Shown: piece after piece, positions 26,406-41,772 of the stretch
Layout: every line of letters begins with the position of its first letter
How positions within the stretch are numbered: the first letter of the stretch is position 1
Source: Eledone cirrhosa
Taxonomy: Eukaryota
Assembly (NCBI GenBank): GCA_964016885.1
Contig: OZ024746.1
Location: 89,652,001-89,716,000 of the forward strand
Direction: 5' to 3'
Length of the DNA stretch: 64,000 bases
Translations under genes and position numbers: made by a program
Notes under the pieces: generated by a model
Told to the model about the DNA's origin: nothing
Seen by the model: the letters and a program-made list of their open reading frames with translations, nothing else
The model's database searches: none

Positions 26406-26879
26406 TAATTCACCAATCTCTCTTCTCCTCTCCTATCTCCTCTCGTATCTCCATCTCTCTCTTTAATATTGGTTACAGTTGAACTGTGTATATATATATA
26501 TACACACACAAATACACCCATATATATTAATAAAAGAATAAGTACCCCATTCAGGCACACAGTATGTTCTCCTAGTCATTCCTTAGGATGAGCTTAACGG
26601 GTAGAAGGTAAACCGAATTATATTATAGATTATGTAAGTAAATAATTATTCAATTATATAGAGAATCTTAAATATGTATTAACAAATGAGGATGATAAAT
26701 GCGTACTTACAGTGCTTATAAATATGTAATGTATTATAACTAGCGTGAAGATAAGGTGAAATAGAGTGAATAGTAGTGGAAATAACAAAAGAAAATTCTC
26801 ATTACAGATACCAGTATAATTAATCTTTAGAAATACAAGTTATGAGAGATAAATTTAAAGAAATGAATGGAGGAGTAGG

Positions 26880-27580
26880 CAAAACAATGTGGAGATGCTG
26901 TTATGAGTTCATTCCTATGATTCAAAAGCCTTCATGCTAACATAGTGGTTTCATTGGTTTACGAAATACAGCGGGATCAGAACTTTCCACCTCCATCATT
27001 CGCCTTTACGAAATCCACAATCGACCACTGCAGATTATAGGATGATTTAAATGTATTTAAAGAAATGACAAACGTTGCTGAGGATTTGGAGCTGTTTAAA
27101 AGGTCATTCTTAGAATAATGAAACTGGCAACTGTAACGGGTTTTTAATGAATTGGTGGTAACACCTATGTAGAAGTTAATCGAATAAGTGGTATATACAA
27201 TGCAGTTATTAACTATATTTTTCTCAAGGCATGGATAGCCTTGTAAAGGAAAATTATAAGAAATTATACAGTTAGAATCAGAAATAGATTTGGTATCGTT
27301 CCCAGATGTGGGTCGAGGAAAATCATTATTAAAGTGTATCTAAATTGCTATTTTATTAAAAATGTTCGTATTAGTATTAGACTTTATCAAGTTCGTGGTT
27401 TTAGTGAGGATAGATAGACTTAGATTAGGGATTTCACGGTGGTTACATAAGGTTGTATAGTCTGATGAATTAGGTGCTGCAGAAAATGCTACATTAACTG
27501 TGTTATTGTTAATTGAGAAATGGTACCTATGTTCAGCTAGAAAGTTTCTAAGATGTTGAAAAATAACTTTTTCAGGGAGT
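26880..27580 (-). mobile_element. Degenerate PLE linker plus GIY-YIG fragment (Naiad-like)
   Basis: HRYH..NNNTVNVAFS..PN, then CLEKNIV...FYIGVTTNSLKTRY...LQWSIV...KF*SRC...LNHRNELI (manual translation). Confidence 0.7.
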
Positions 27581-27606
27581 GATACCAAATCTATTTCCGA
27601 TTGTAA

Positions 27607-27890
<284 letters not shown>

Positions 27891-29453
27891 AGCATCAATA
27901 AGATAGGGTTTAAGCATTATAGTCAGTATACAGTAGCCTCCTTATCAAAGTAAAGATATCTTTGGTAACGAAAAAAATATTTTTCGCTATTTTTCTCCGT
28001 GAACGGCACAATATCATTAGCTGTCAAGAATACAGCACAAGAATCGCTACACGGAAAGTAAATATTATTGTTCCCATAGCAATGCAACATCCTCTCAAAT
28101 ATTCGACTGTTCAACGCTAATTAGCTTGCAAATCTCACGTTTGAAATAAATGCATATTAAACAGCTTCCAGAGGCTCTGACAATATATGCAGTTGATTTA
28201 TGAGATAAAGATTGCTTTTCTTAAACATACAAGACTTTCTCCGTGCCGAGAATCGTACAGATAGCATTTAGTTACTAACATGCTGAGACTCTGATACTAA
28301 TTAGATATTTCAAATATATATAACAAAATTATTTATTATGCTATTCTCTTCTATATCATATATTTATTATACTTACATATTCTATATATGTACACTAATA
28401 CATTATATATTTACTAAACACTTTAAGCTAACTCATTTTACTTGCTATTGTGTAATGTAGCAATACATTGGGTGTTTCGCTCTCAACTAATTGTACATGT
28501 TCACAAAGGAATTATGAAATTCAGCTAGTATTTCCATGTTTGCAACAATGAAGACGAGCAGAGATTTCAAAGAATCTCCATTGTATCAACTAATTCATGT
28601 AAAGAATTGATGAAATATGTTTCCCTAGCTAGATGTACTATCAAGTTAATAATTTGCAGTGGTTATAATTATTGTAGTGGTGTAGTTGTAATTTAAACAT
28701 ATTAAAGTACATTTGTTAAGGTGTGTTATATCTAGCTCTAAACTTTGAAATTTGTAAGACGGTAGGGAATGATTTATTTGTAAACTTGCTGATATTTATA
28801 GCATAATGAGGGTTCACATAAACAATCACTTTTGGCTCAGTTATCAATTAGCAATTTTTATTGATTCAATCTTATATTTACACGAATCGGCAATGTCGAC
28901 ATAAAATAAACTATTTAACGTTCAGTTGAAATGTTTCTGTCGATCAATAAATACAAATTCAGAGTAATCAAATGGCAGAATTATTAGTGTCGAAAGATAT
29001 GTATTCGGGTGCTTGTTTCAAAAGAGCTAGTGACTTGACGTCAACACTTAATCCTTGGGTATTCTTTTCTGAATTTGGATTTGGTCTCCGGTTTGAGAAA
29101 ATCTGGACTGAATTCTTCTCTTCCACTATTCCCTTCTCCAATGTCTTGATGTGCTATTTCGTAGTAAATGGCAAATGTGCATTATTCAAGTTCAGAATGG
29201 GGTGCCACTCCTTAATTTTAAGTTTCTCTTAAGCTAACAATGTCTATATTTCAGGTGTTTATAAAATGGTTGGGGGTCGGTCATGGTTGATGGATTTAAA
29301 GAAAAGGGAAATCCTTTAAAAGCTAATTCTTTAAAGCTCTACTTAGAGTGACAAAGGCCAAGAGAACTCTAGAAACCAGTTCAAAATATTGGGTGCCTAT
29401 CATATCATTATTGTCATATTTCTCTTAAACTATATGCCAGGTGCCGACAGACA

Positions 29454-30360
<907 letters not shown>

Positions 30361-30800
30361 CTACACAAAATAATAACCGACAGGTTAACATCCAAAATAA
30401 TTGTAACTGTAGATCTAATAGAACCTGCCCTTTAGATAAACAATGCTTAATCAAGGATATCATATACTCATGCACCGTCATAACTAGCAACTCTTCTGAA
30501 ACCTATATAGGCTCTACTTCAAACTGCTTCAAAACCATATACAATTCGCTCCTCCATTCTTTCAAAAAACACAGTCTAGCCAACTCGACTTCACTATCTA
30601 CCTACATAGACTATCTAAAAACTAAAAATAGATCTTATACACTTAAATGGGAAGTGATAGGTAAGGCGGCATCGTACAAACCACCTAATAAATTTTGTAA
30701 CCTCTGTCTACTAGAGACCCATACTATAATCTTTTCAAACCATAACCCCCTTAATAAAAAATCAGAAGTGTTCGAGTCGTGCCAGCCCGCTTCCGACACT
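30361..30800 (+). mobile_element. PLE GIY-YIG endonuclease fragment (Naiad-like), open frame, 5'-truncated into (TA)n
   Basis: CNCR...[12 protein letters not shown]...[11 protein letters not shown]...[10 protein letters not shown]....KWEVI..A..Y.....CNLCLLE...LNKKSE in ORF 30099-30950. Confidence 0.85.
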
Positions 30801-32180
30801 CCTCCCAAAACTTTAAAGCCAATATATAGCAATGTCAGACTTGAACCCATCACCACTTCTAGCACTACACCTCACTGGCACACCTTACACCACAACTCCA
30901 CACTCACTGATCCACCCTATCTTAACACAAATCGTTCCACCTATCTATAACTTTGTACATTAGAAATATCCCCATGTACACCTACTTTTAGTATAATTAC
31001 TTTCAATTACTTATAATTATATAGTGGTACAATACAGTCTATGTAAACTTTAAATACCAGATTCGACAATGGATTATTTGTGCAAATGTATTTCTATGTG
31101 GAGTGCTATCATTGCATATATATAACATTTATTTATTAACATAAGAGATCTGTATAACCTATATGTTGTGTGCAATGAATTGTGTATGAGTTATATGTGA
31201 ATTATATATGCATGTATAACTTGATGGATGGATTAATGACATTGTAGGTGAGAAATGCTTTTTGGTCTGCCCTAGAGATGTATTTAGCTTTGTCATGCAG
31301 TCAGCCATACGCTGCCCCAGAGCTTACCAGGGGTTATATAGACGTAGTTCTAATAGGTCCCCTGACAGGTACTGTTAGTAGACTACATTTGCATAGATCT
31401 TTGATATAAGGATGTGGCTCTTTGTATGGAATATTTAGTTGTAGCACTCTATGATAGGAAGTAATCATCCTAATATAGGTACCTTTAGTACTTCAAGATA
31501 GAGTAGACTGTAATTAAAAATAGGACACCTAAAAATAGGATACCTATATAACCGTCTATATAAGGGACTCAATTGAGACACCTTATAATGTATGTTGGAA
31601 TAATAAATTTAGTTATAGAAATCAGCTAGTTACCTCCCCTTACGCATTAACTCCCCTTAATCACACACATACTTCCGGATAATATAGCGATGTATATTTA
31701 ATGCATCAACCATCCAATGCGAAATCATCGTTAATTATGTGAAGGACGTATAAACTATATATTACGTTTCTTGAATGTAAAAATGGTTGTGGATACAAAA
31801 ACCATAACTTTCTTTTGCTTCTCCTTTATACTATTTTTCTGCACGCATACTTCTGTATCATATACAAAAAATACCTTACCACTACAACCTCCATAATACT
31901 CTTACTTACTCGCTTTAAGTGCTTCTATTACATGTAACACCCTGCCGCACAATAATCATATATAAATGAGATACACGTGCATGCCCCACGTGTAACTAAC
32001 GCATAAAATAACTAAAATAACTACTACGTCTGACTGACAAACTATCCTCTTGCATTATCTATGTTAACTGCAGATTGTATTTTGATTTTGCTTTGATTTT
32101 GTTTTAATGTGATTTTGATTTTGTATTTGTTACTGGCCTTGGCCTATATAAGACACCATTATTATCATTATCTTTGTTTT

Positions 32181-32240
<60 letters not shown>

Positions 32241-32253
32241 CAGAAGCAGCAGC

Positions 32254-32294
<41 letters not shown>

Positions 32295-32957
32295 CAACAA
32301 CAGCAATAACAGAGTATGCACTTCTTTTTCTCCGTTCATGTTCAATAATAATTACGAAATGTAAGAACAAAGAAAATGTATGATTTCATTTCCCTGGGCG
32401 AGGGGATTGTCATGTCATTAATATATCTACAAGATCAATGTAATTTATAAGGTTTCACACCATATTATTATTAGATGTTCTATGTTCTCTTCTGTTCCGT
32501 TTTCACACCGTATTAATTCTTATTCCTTGACTAGTTTTCAGCACCTTTAGCAAAAGACGATATAATATATAGATAAATACATACGTGCATTTCAACACAA
32601 GTCACTAATCTACTCACAATCAATCAGCCAAACGTACATAAATGAATACGTACACATACCTTCATTCACACATGCATGATAATACATGTCTGCCATAAAC
32701 ATCGCTTAATAATTCTATCTATCAATCTCGTCTTCCGTCTCTAGTAATCCCAAACATTCATACACATGCCTACGCGCGTGCGTGTGTGCCTGCATTTGTG
32801 TGTTGATAAACGTGTGTGTTAATAGATCTGTTTATGAATTATCAATCAAAGCATTAACGCACACATTGTATGCATTTTAAAATGAAAGTTTTATAGTGAT
32901 TTTGAAAATACACACACTCACACATCCCCGACTCATACCCCCCCCCCCACACACACG

Positions 32958-33031
<74 letters not shown>

Positions 33032-33082
33032 TGTATATATTTTCAATGTACTGCGTTGTTAGTTTTGGTAATTTTGTTATTA

Positions 33083-33155
<73 letters not shown>

Positions 33156-33167
33156 GCATGTGTGTGT

Positions 33168-33390
33168 AGGTCCCAAGGAAGATCGAGGGTAGCCATATTT
33201 TAAAAAGATACTCAATACATTAGTATAGTGTAAACATTATTTTTTAATATTGCCTTTCATCCTTACGCGGTCGATAAAAGAAAGTACTAGTAATGGTGGC
33301 CTTGTACCAAACGTAGAAACAATTATTTAATATAGAAATTACTTCTACAACATCAGAACTGTTTCTTTCGTATGAAATCATCATAAGTAT
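33168..33390 (-). mobile_element. PLE family B-like end (degenerate HHR plus tail, collinear), interrupted by a SINE fragment
   Basis: Minus strand reads ATGATGA (33384-33378) TTTC-ATAC-GAAA GAAA CAG...TTG TA^GAAGTAATTTCTAT, then a tail with TATTGAGTAT at 33217-33208. Confidence 0.55.
33251..33328 (+). mobile_element. 5'-truncated SINE fragment
   Basis: GCCTTTCATCCTTACGCGGTCGATAAAA...GTAGAAACAATTATT. Confidence 0.8.
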
Positions 33391-33650
33391 GAAGTAGTTC
33401 TATTCCTGTAGAACTCAGTTCTCTCTCTCTCACTCTCTCCCTCTTTATTTCTCTCTATTTCTCTCTCTCTCTTTGCTCCGAACGCGTCAAGGAACAGTCT
33501 TTTTTTTCTCAGGGGGTTTCTTGGTAAGCCCTATCAACCTCACGGTGATGATGCAGGGCGAAACTGGTGTCGGGACTTTGAAGGAAAAATAGATATATTT
33601 TTGTCTATTATTTCTTCATATTTTATAATTTGACACACACACACACACGC

Positions 33651-33734
<84 letters not shown>

Positions 33735-33752
33735 ACATACACACACACACAT

Positions 33753-33853
<101 letters not shown>

Positions 33854-34022
33854 AAATTAAGATAATCAAAATTATGGGTGTCATGCCAGAAAGACATGCG
33901 CCATATCACCTGCAAAATAAGCTCTAAGATTCTAACGAATAGGTCCGAGCATTTTATAATAACCATTATAGTTATTATAAAATGACTATTCATGTTTATT
34001 TATATGTTAATCAATTTCTAGT

Positions 34023-34110
<88 letters not shown>

Positions 34111-35877
34111 CAAAAATAAGAGTAACATGGTTGGCTGTACAATAAGGGCTTTATTCACAGTGTGACAATTGTTACTTTGATCTGGTATTTCTCGAATTCG
34201 CTAATCGCTTGATATTGCGTCAATCGATCTCCAAGTATAACCTACATAGAAATCACCGTGAACTCGCTGCATCACAATGGAAGCGTCTTGTTGAGTCAAA
34301 CTAAGCCATACGTTAATACCATCCACAACACGGAGTACTCTAACAGGACTACCTCTAAGTGGATTGCCTATAACGATAACTTGTTATCTCGTATATATAT
34401 ATATATATAATTTTCAATCATATTTTATTATTTGTTTGACCAGAATAGCTTGCTCGCTTCTATGCCTTGCGGTTATTGGTTTAACCATCGTCTCTGTGTT
34501 TGGCCTTTTAACGTAAGTTTATTGCTTTAGTTCACTCGTTTCTATTGAGCGCTTGCCACACATCTCGGAAGTTGTTTTTTGCTAATTTCCAATAGCCGAA
34601 ATGCAATTATCGCTGATTTATATTTGTATTAATCTCCAGAGTCTAACTATTAACCAGTTAATTTTAAAAACTATTCTGTCGAGAGCTTAATTCGTTTTGT
34701 GATATTTTGCAATTTTGAATTAACCACACATACTGAATTCATCCGCCAAGACTAGAGGTTGTCTTCCTTGTAACCCCCACGTGGGTTCAGATAACGGTCA
34801 GTTCCTTGGCTTTGCATAGAAATAAATGCCTGTTGAAAAAGTTACTTCTTTTTCGATCATCATACAAAAAGCTTAACATTATTTGTTTAAGCAGACAGTA
34901 CCTGATTTAGGAGTTGCAGAAACACCATATTGGATTTTACCACCGTTTCCTGGGGTCCTGGTATAATTTTCAATCATATTTTATTATCGGAAGTTGTTTT
35001 TCGCTAATTTCTATATTCTAGATTCTTTTCTTTTTCTTTAATACTTCTTTACAAAGCCTGAATAATCGTGATTAATTTGTTTGTATTTAGCAGTGATCAG
35101 TCGGACGACGCATACTATTTAGGCCCCATGATATCACCAGTTGAATCGGGATTGTCTCACAGGATATAAATGAACAAATTCTACCTTCGTATTTTAGTTT
35201 TATAGGCCTTAATGAAAGTTCATTTATCATCTAATTACCCAACTTCCCTTCTTTATCCCAGAACTCCGTTTCTTACACATGCTTCGTAATTCACTTCCAA
35301 ATTCTTTGTATATATATATATCTGACATTATGTCTTGCGATCGTGACTTATCGGCTTTAATCAACTTTTAAATGAACCTTAACTTCCACCTACGTTTACG
35401 TGAAGTGTTTTAAATTTATATACTTTTTACACATATTGTGATAAATTTCAAACGTTTATGTTTATTCTGTAACATATCCGTATGTTCATGTGCCTAATCC
35501 TTTCATTTCTATCTTATCTCGCTTATGGTATTACTTTTCTGTTTGATCTGGTTTATGTATTTAGTTATTCTGGTATTGTTAAACAGCATTTGTGAGAGGG
35601 TGCATTTACTATATGGGATAGAGCATATGTAGCTCACTTTTTTAAACATATCTGAAGAACTCATAATCTCGAAATCAACGCTAAACAATGCTCACTAAAT
35701 TATACTTAATAATGAAATTGTCAATGGTCCCAAGAAGGATTTAGAGCGAAACGCGTTTAATGAGAATACATATTTGTGAACTTATTTCTCATTCTTTGAT
35801 AAGTTTAAACTATTTCCAGCTGGAAAGTGCCCACGATTGTTGAACACAAATAACGCAAACATTTATTGCAATATATT

Positions 35878-35939
<62 letters not shown>

Positions 35940-36113
35940 CGAAAAAATTGATGTAAGAGAAGGAAGCCGTTAAAACATAAATAATAACGCCTCTAATATT
36001 TAACCCTGTTTACATAAGCATCGACCACATATGCACCCACTTTTGGCAAATAATCCTTTGTATCGTTTCTCTTTATACCTCATCTTTCTATCCTCTCTCA
36101 CGATACTATAACA

Positions 36114-36165
<52 letters not shown>

Positions 36166-36747
36166 GAATGGCTGCAAATTCACCGGAGAGTTTTGCAATT
36201 ACTTGTCTGATTATAGAGTTTGGTGAACTTTTAGGCCACTGACAGCCACTCGAACCTGTAACATATCCTGAACAAGCAATGCCTGTGCTTTGAAGGTTTT
36301 TTTAAGTAGAGAAAGGCGTTGCACTCGCCCAATCCCTCTCCCCGAGCATCGAAAAAACTACCCAAAATGGTGAATTAGTCAACATCATCGGATGCTTCCC
36401 AAGCCGCGGGTTTTTTTTTCAGAGGTTCCCTCTCCTAAAAGCTGTTGTCATAACAAATGGGGGCCTTTCACTCCCAGGTAAAAAAAAACAACTAAAAACA
36501 AAAACTTTTATTTGGATGGCCGTTGAGTCTGCTGATTTCCTCCGACATTTGCTCGGTCTTCTATTTCAGCCCCCAGGCTGTCCAAATATCACCCTCCTTA
36601 CCTAGCTAGCTTCGTGGGGTTGCCGGTTTAGTCACCGACGACCCGAACATGAGACAGGTTGTAGTGGGTTACACGTTACCAACAGCACTCGACAGTGACC
36701 TGACACACACACACACATATACACACACATACACATACACACACACA

Positions 36748-36801
<54 letters not shown>

Positions 36802-36936
36802 GTCAGAGCGACAACGTCTATACTTTAGGGTGTCGCGTGTGATTTGAACGTTATATCTAGCATAGAATCTATATAATTTGGTGATAGGCATCATTTATGG
36901 AAAATGTTATCTCTCATTCTATATTGTGTACACACC

Positions 36937-36978
<42 letters not shown>

Positions 36979-36986
36979 ATATATAT

Positions 36987-37018
<32 letters not shown>

Positions 37019-38446
37019 ATATATGCATATATATTTATATGCAACGTTGATATAGTTTGAATGTAGAAAATTACGAATTTTCTTTCTCTCATTCCATTTT
37101 TCGTGGCAAACCAAACTGCTATACTTCCATAAAATATGTACAAAAACATTCCTCAAAATAATTCAAAGATTATATAATTTACATTCTTATTTTTGCATTT
37201 CATCTTTGACAGTCATTAAATTATTTTTAATGTAATAGAACTGCAATATACGTTTAGTTGCATATAAATAAAATAAATCTAATTGAACTGAAACATTGTT
37301 CAAACAACTAAATAATTGAAGATAATTTCTACCACAGAATGAGCAATAGGTAAGGAAATATTAAACGTAATATACAAAATGATCTGCACTCGAAGCATGA
37401 CTACAGTTGAAAGAATAACAAATAAAATGCTTATTTGAAAAAGTTATTTTAATAGGAAAATGTAAGATAATTACAGTGGTTTCCCGTATAGAATGAAACA
37501 AATTCACATATATTTAAAATTGAATGAACGCAGCATAATTCAAATAATTAAAATATTTTTTTCAAATCCAGCACTTATTCTCTATCTCAATTTAGTTGAT
37601 TATAAATTAATTTAAAATAAGTATACACACACACAAACATTCACACGCACACGCGCCCCCCCCCCCCCCACACACATATATATTTAAACATATATGTGTT
37701 TGCGCGTGGATGTATAGGAGTGTGCGTACGTGTGTGCGTGCACGTGAATATATATGTAAATATATATATATATATATTTATATATACTTTCGGATTTTAT
37801 ACATTTGTAAATTGGCAACTGTTTCCTTTTTTGTGAGTTTGTGTGAACGTGTATGGTAGGGGGATGGTAGGGGAATATTTTCAACCTGTCTACTTTGATG
37901 TTTTAGAAATCCATTATTCTAATGGATTTCAACAGTTCAATCGCACATTCACCCTTGGGAATACTTTGTAGTCCGTATATAGAAAATTGGAAGCGTGCAT
38001 AAAAGTATGGTATCTTTTCTTCTATTTTTTTTTCTTAGAAGCATCAATTACTTTATTGGGGAACTACAAATGGGTTCAAACACCTTCATAGTGCTAAATT
38101 ACGCTTTCCTTAGATTATCTTCATATATTTCGCAGATGGCTTGATTACGTAATTTTAGAGCTCATATTTTAAAGAAGAAATACACAATTATAACTCTTAA
38201 CAATTCCAAGCTGATATTTAATACATTTTACAATGTTGCTTCGAAGCTGCCAAATGGAAAATATTTCTGCACAAAAACGTGCATCTTTTACAGAAAATTT
38301 CGTCTTAATCAATTGCTTATTTTATCGCGGTAAACAATTTTATGGTTCTCACTAACATGGAGGAGAATCATTATATGGTTTTACTATGCTGCATATGAAG
38401 ATGTATAAGTATCCTGGTTAGTTTTACCTACCTTAATCTACCATAA

Positions 38447-39075
38447 TTGTGTGTAACTCCACTGTCACAGATAGGGAGCAGTACCTTATTGTGTGTAGCC
38501 CCACTATCACAGATAGTCAGCAGTACCCTATTGTGTGTAGCCCCACTGTCACAGATAGGGAGCAGTACCCTATTGTGTGTAGCTCCACTGTCACAGATAG
38601 GGAGCAGTACCCTATTGTGTGCAGCCTCACTGTCACAGATAGGGAGCAGTACCCTATTGTGTGTATGTCCACTGTCACAGATAGGGAGCAGTACCCTATT
38701 GTGTGTATGTCCACTGTCACAGATAGGGAGCAGTATCCTATTGTGTGTATGTCCACTGTCACAGATAGGGAGCAGACCCTATTGTGTGTAGCCCCACTGT
38801 CACAGATAGGGAGCAGTACCCTATTGTGTGTATGTCCACTGTCACAGATAGGGAGAAGTACCCTATTGTGTGTAGCCTCACTGTCACAGATAGGGACTAG
38901 TACCCTATTGTGTGTATGTCCACTGTCACAGATAGGGAGCAGTACCCTATTGTGTGTAGCCCCACTGTCACAGATAGGGAGAAGTACCCTATTGTGTGTA
39001 GCCTCACTGTCACAGATAGGGAGCAGTACCCTATTGTGTGTAGCCCCACTGTCACAGACAGGGAGCAGTACCCAT
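38447..39075. repeat. 42-bp minisatellite, about 15 copies
   Basis: Unit TTGTGTGTAGCCCCACTGTCACAGATAGGGAGCAGTACCCTA in direct tandem, with no spacers. Confidence 0.95.
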
Positions 39076-39219
39076 AATTGCTTCCTCGGTTCAAATATTT
39101 TTTCTCTGTGTAGATAGTGTTTGTCTACTTTCCTTCAATTTATCATTTTTTTCCATTCTAGCATTCTTAATTTCCAATCTTCGAGATCGCATTCTTCAAA
39201 CGTGTACGAACATAAACAC

Positions 39220-39255
<36 letters not shown>

Positions 39256-39270
39256 ACACACCCACACACA

Positions 39271-39392
<122 letters not shown>

Positions 39393-39484
39393 ATTAAATT
39401 TTTATTTCTCGGCCTAGCACAGCTAATACATAATATAATGTAACTATGCACACGTACAATTACATACGCACTCAGACACACATA

Positions 39485-39542
<58 letters not shown>

Positions 39543-39634
39543 ATAAGCAAAAGGGATTATCAATTTGTTGGTAATTCAACAAATATAAATGTTTATAACT
39601 GATTCAGAGCACTCGACAAGTTTTCTTGAATATA

Positions 39635-39926
39635 ATATTCAATGATATTAAATAAATAGAAACCATATTTATTCTATTATATATATTTCAACGGTACCAC
39701 AACTTTCGTATGCATTCATCAGATAAAATACAAAGTTTGTTTTATAAATTTTAAGAGAAACTTGAACCGTTAAGGTATATTTACTTGGTTATGTCAACAT
39801 TTTTAAAACAAACTTTTTATTTTATCTGATGAATGCATACCAAGCTTTGGTACCATTGAAATATATATAATTGAATAAATATGGTTTTATAAATACAGTT
39901 TCTATTTATTTAATATCATTGAATAT
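39635..39926. ncRNA. ~290-bp inverted repeat made of two divergent HHR-bearing PLE ends
   Basis: Arms are ~39635-39748 and ~39800-39926. Plus-strand HHR: CTGATGA 39826-39832, TACCAA/TTGGTA stem II, GAAA 39858-39861, ATATATAT stem III. Mirror copy: TCATCAG 39716-39722 and TTTC 39686-39689. Confidence 0.7.
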
Positions 39927-40107
39927 GTATATATATATGTATATAAATATATATATATCAAGTAAGAATATTTTCGAAACAGCGAGCGAGTTTTGAAATT
40001 ATAAATATAAGCTATCGCCGTATTTTGACTAAGGAAATTAAAGAAATTATTTAGCCTGATAGTGGGTTAAGAACCCTCGGAGAAATGGAAAAAAGATGAG
40101 TATTGAC

Positions 40108-40175
40108 TTACATGGGAGTCGAACCCACATCTTTGGTTATCCAGACCACTGTGCTACCATTACACCAACACACCA
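40108..40175 (-). pseudogene. tRNA-like sequence (tRNA pseudogene or head of a second SINE family)
   Basis: A box TGGTGTAATGGT, anticodon-like arm TGGT-CTGGATA-ACCA, T arm TGGG-TTCGACT-CCCA. The acceptor stem does not pair. Confidence 0.6.
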
Positions 40176-40340
40176 CCAGTCTTCTTCCACATAACTCCCT
40201 CCCCCATTTCTACTAACGGATTCATTTTCATACACATGCACACACACATACACACAACTCCCTCCCCCATTTCTACTAATATAATCATCTTCCTATACAC
40301 ACACACACACACACACACATACACACACACGCACACACAC

Positions 40341-40371
<31 letters not shown>

Positions 40372-40499
40372 TACCCCCCCCCACGCACCAGCACACAAAT
40401 AAACATACATATCTCTACTTTCTTTATTTCAATAGAGAGTGTGAATTCTGACACCTCAGCGCACCAGCCATATTCACTGAACCAGAATAATTCTCCCAA

Positions 40500-41060
40500 T
40501 CCCGTTTTTCTTGACCATTATCTTTTGTTTGGCACAACATTCTCTAAAAGGCTACAAAATAAATTCCCAAAGGTAGGCGCGAGTTTAATATACTTGTTCA
40601 CGTGACAGCCATAATTTCATTTATAACCAACCAAATTACATTTCAGCACATCAGTCATACTAAGAACAACTATTTCTATCTCCTTTTCTTGACAATTATC
40701 TTTTGTTTGACACAAAATTCTGTAAATGGCTATAAAAAAATTCCAAAATATGGGCGCGAATTTAATGTACTTATTCACGTGACAGTAATAATTCCATTTA
40801 TAACCAATCAAATTACATTTATAAAAAAGGCCTTCCTGAGCCACTTTTTTTAAGTAAACAGAAATTCAAACACAAACTGGAGCGAAAGCTGATGTGCTTC
40901 TTCACGTGACTGCATCAACCAACCAAATTTCACTTAAATATGAAAAAACAATCTGATCCCCCCTTCTTTGAAGACAAATTTAATAAGAGCTTTGTAACGC
41001 GAACTGGCGCGTAATTTATTATACTTATTCACATGACAGACATCAACGAAACAAATTACT
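40500..41060. repeat. Degenerate ~130-180-bp tandem repeat
   Basis: A GGCGCG(A/T)..TTTA...TACTT.TTCACGTGAC block recurs at ~40576, 40754, 40880 and 41006. Confidence 0.6.
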
Positions 41061-41772
41061 TCTCTCAAAACCTAGCATTTCGAGCCACCCTTTTTCATAT
41101 AAAACGGAAGTAGCATTCAAATACCAACCAGATGTGACAAAAACCCCAAAACCTCCATCTCAATTCTACCTTTGAAAAACACATGATCTACGAAAACGGT
41201 AAAGGAACCATATAAATATATTTGTGTTTGTTTAATAACATCTGGTCGAGAGCTTATTCTGAATGTTACCGGAAATTATATTTCCTTTGTCTAACACTTT
41301 GAATGACCCGCCAAAAATCGGGGGTTATTTCCCTTGTTGCACGTGACAACTAAATATTCGATTCGCTGCTGCTAGCTGCAACATTTAGTATCTCGGCCCG
41401 TTCTTTGGTAGAATGAAATTCCTGTTGAAGAAGTGAGTCCTCTGTACGATCACGAATACCACGAGCTTGCCAGTTACGTAAGTCTGATATTTGATATCGA
41501 ATTCATAGAAACACTTTAAACGTATAACGTTTGATTTGTCCAGGTGTATTTTTTCAACCTGTAAGTTCTTTCGTTACTTTGGTATTGTGTGTTAGATTTT
41601 GCCTAACCCATTGTTCAATTTGTCAAGCTATTTAAACGTATGTTATTACTCTAAGGACCTACCTTCTTGAGTGCTTTGCTAACTCATTCATATCATAGGT
41701 CGAATTTGCTTGCACACCGTCAAATGATATGTAAGATATATGTATATAAATGTATATATATATATATATATA

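Noticed and set aside
35640-35770. HHR-like pieces (CTGAAGA...GAAA at 35652; GAAACGCGTT at 35748)
   Set aside because: Stems do not pair convincingly. They may be decayed PLE ribozymes but cannot be called.
36165-36705. GC-richer insert between microsatellites, possibly an RTE 5' UTR-derived element
   Set aside because: No second copy or diagnostic motif in the window.
38447-39075. CRISPR-like array or repeat-protein ORFs (222 aa, 114 aa)
   Set aside because: Contiguous 42-bp units with no unique spacers, eukaryotic context and no cas genes. A 1-nt deletion shifts the frame.
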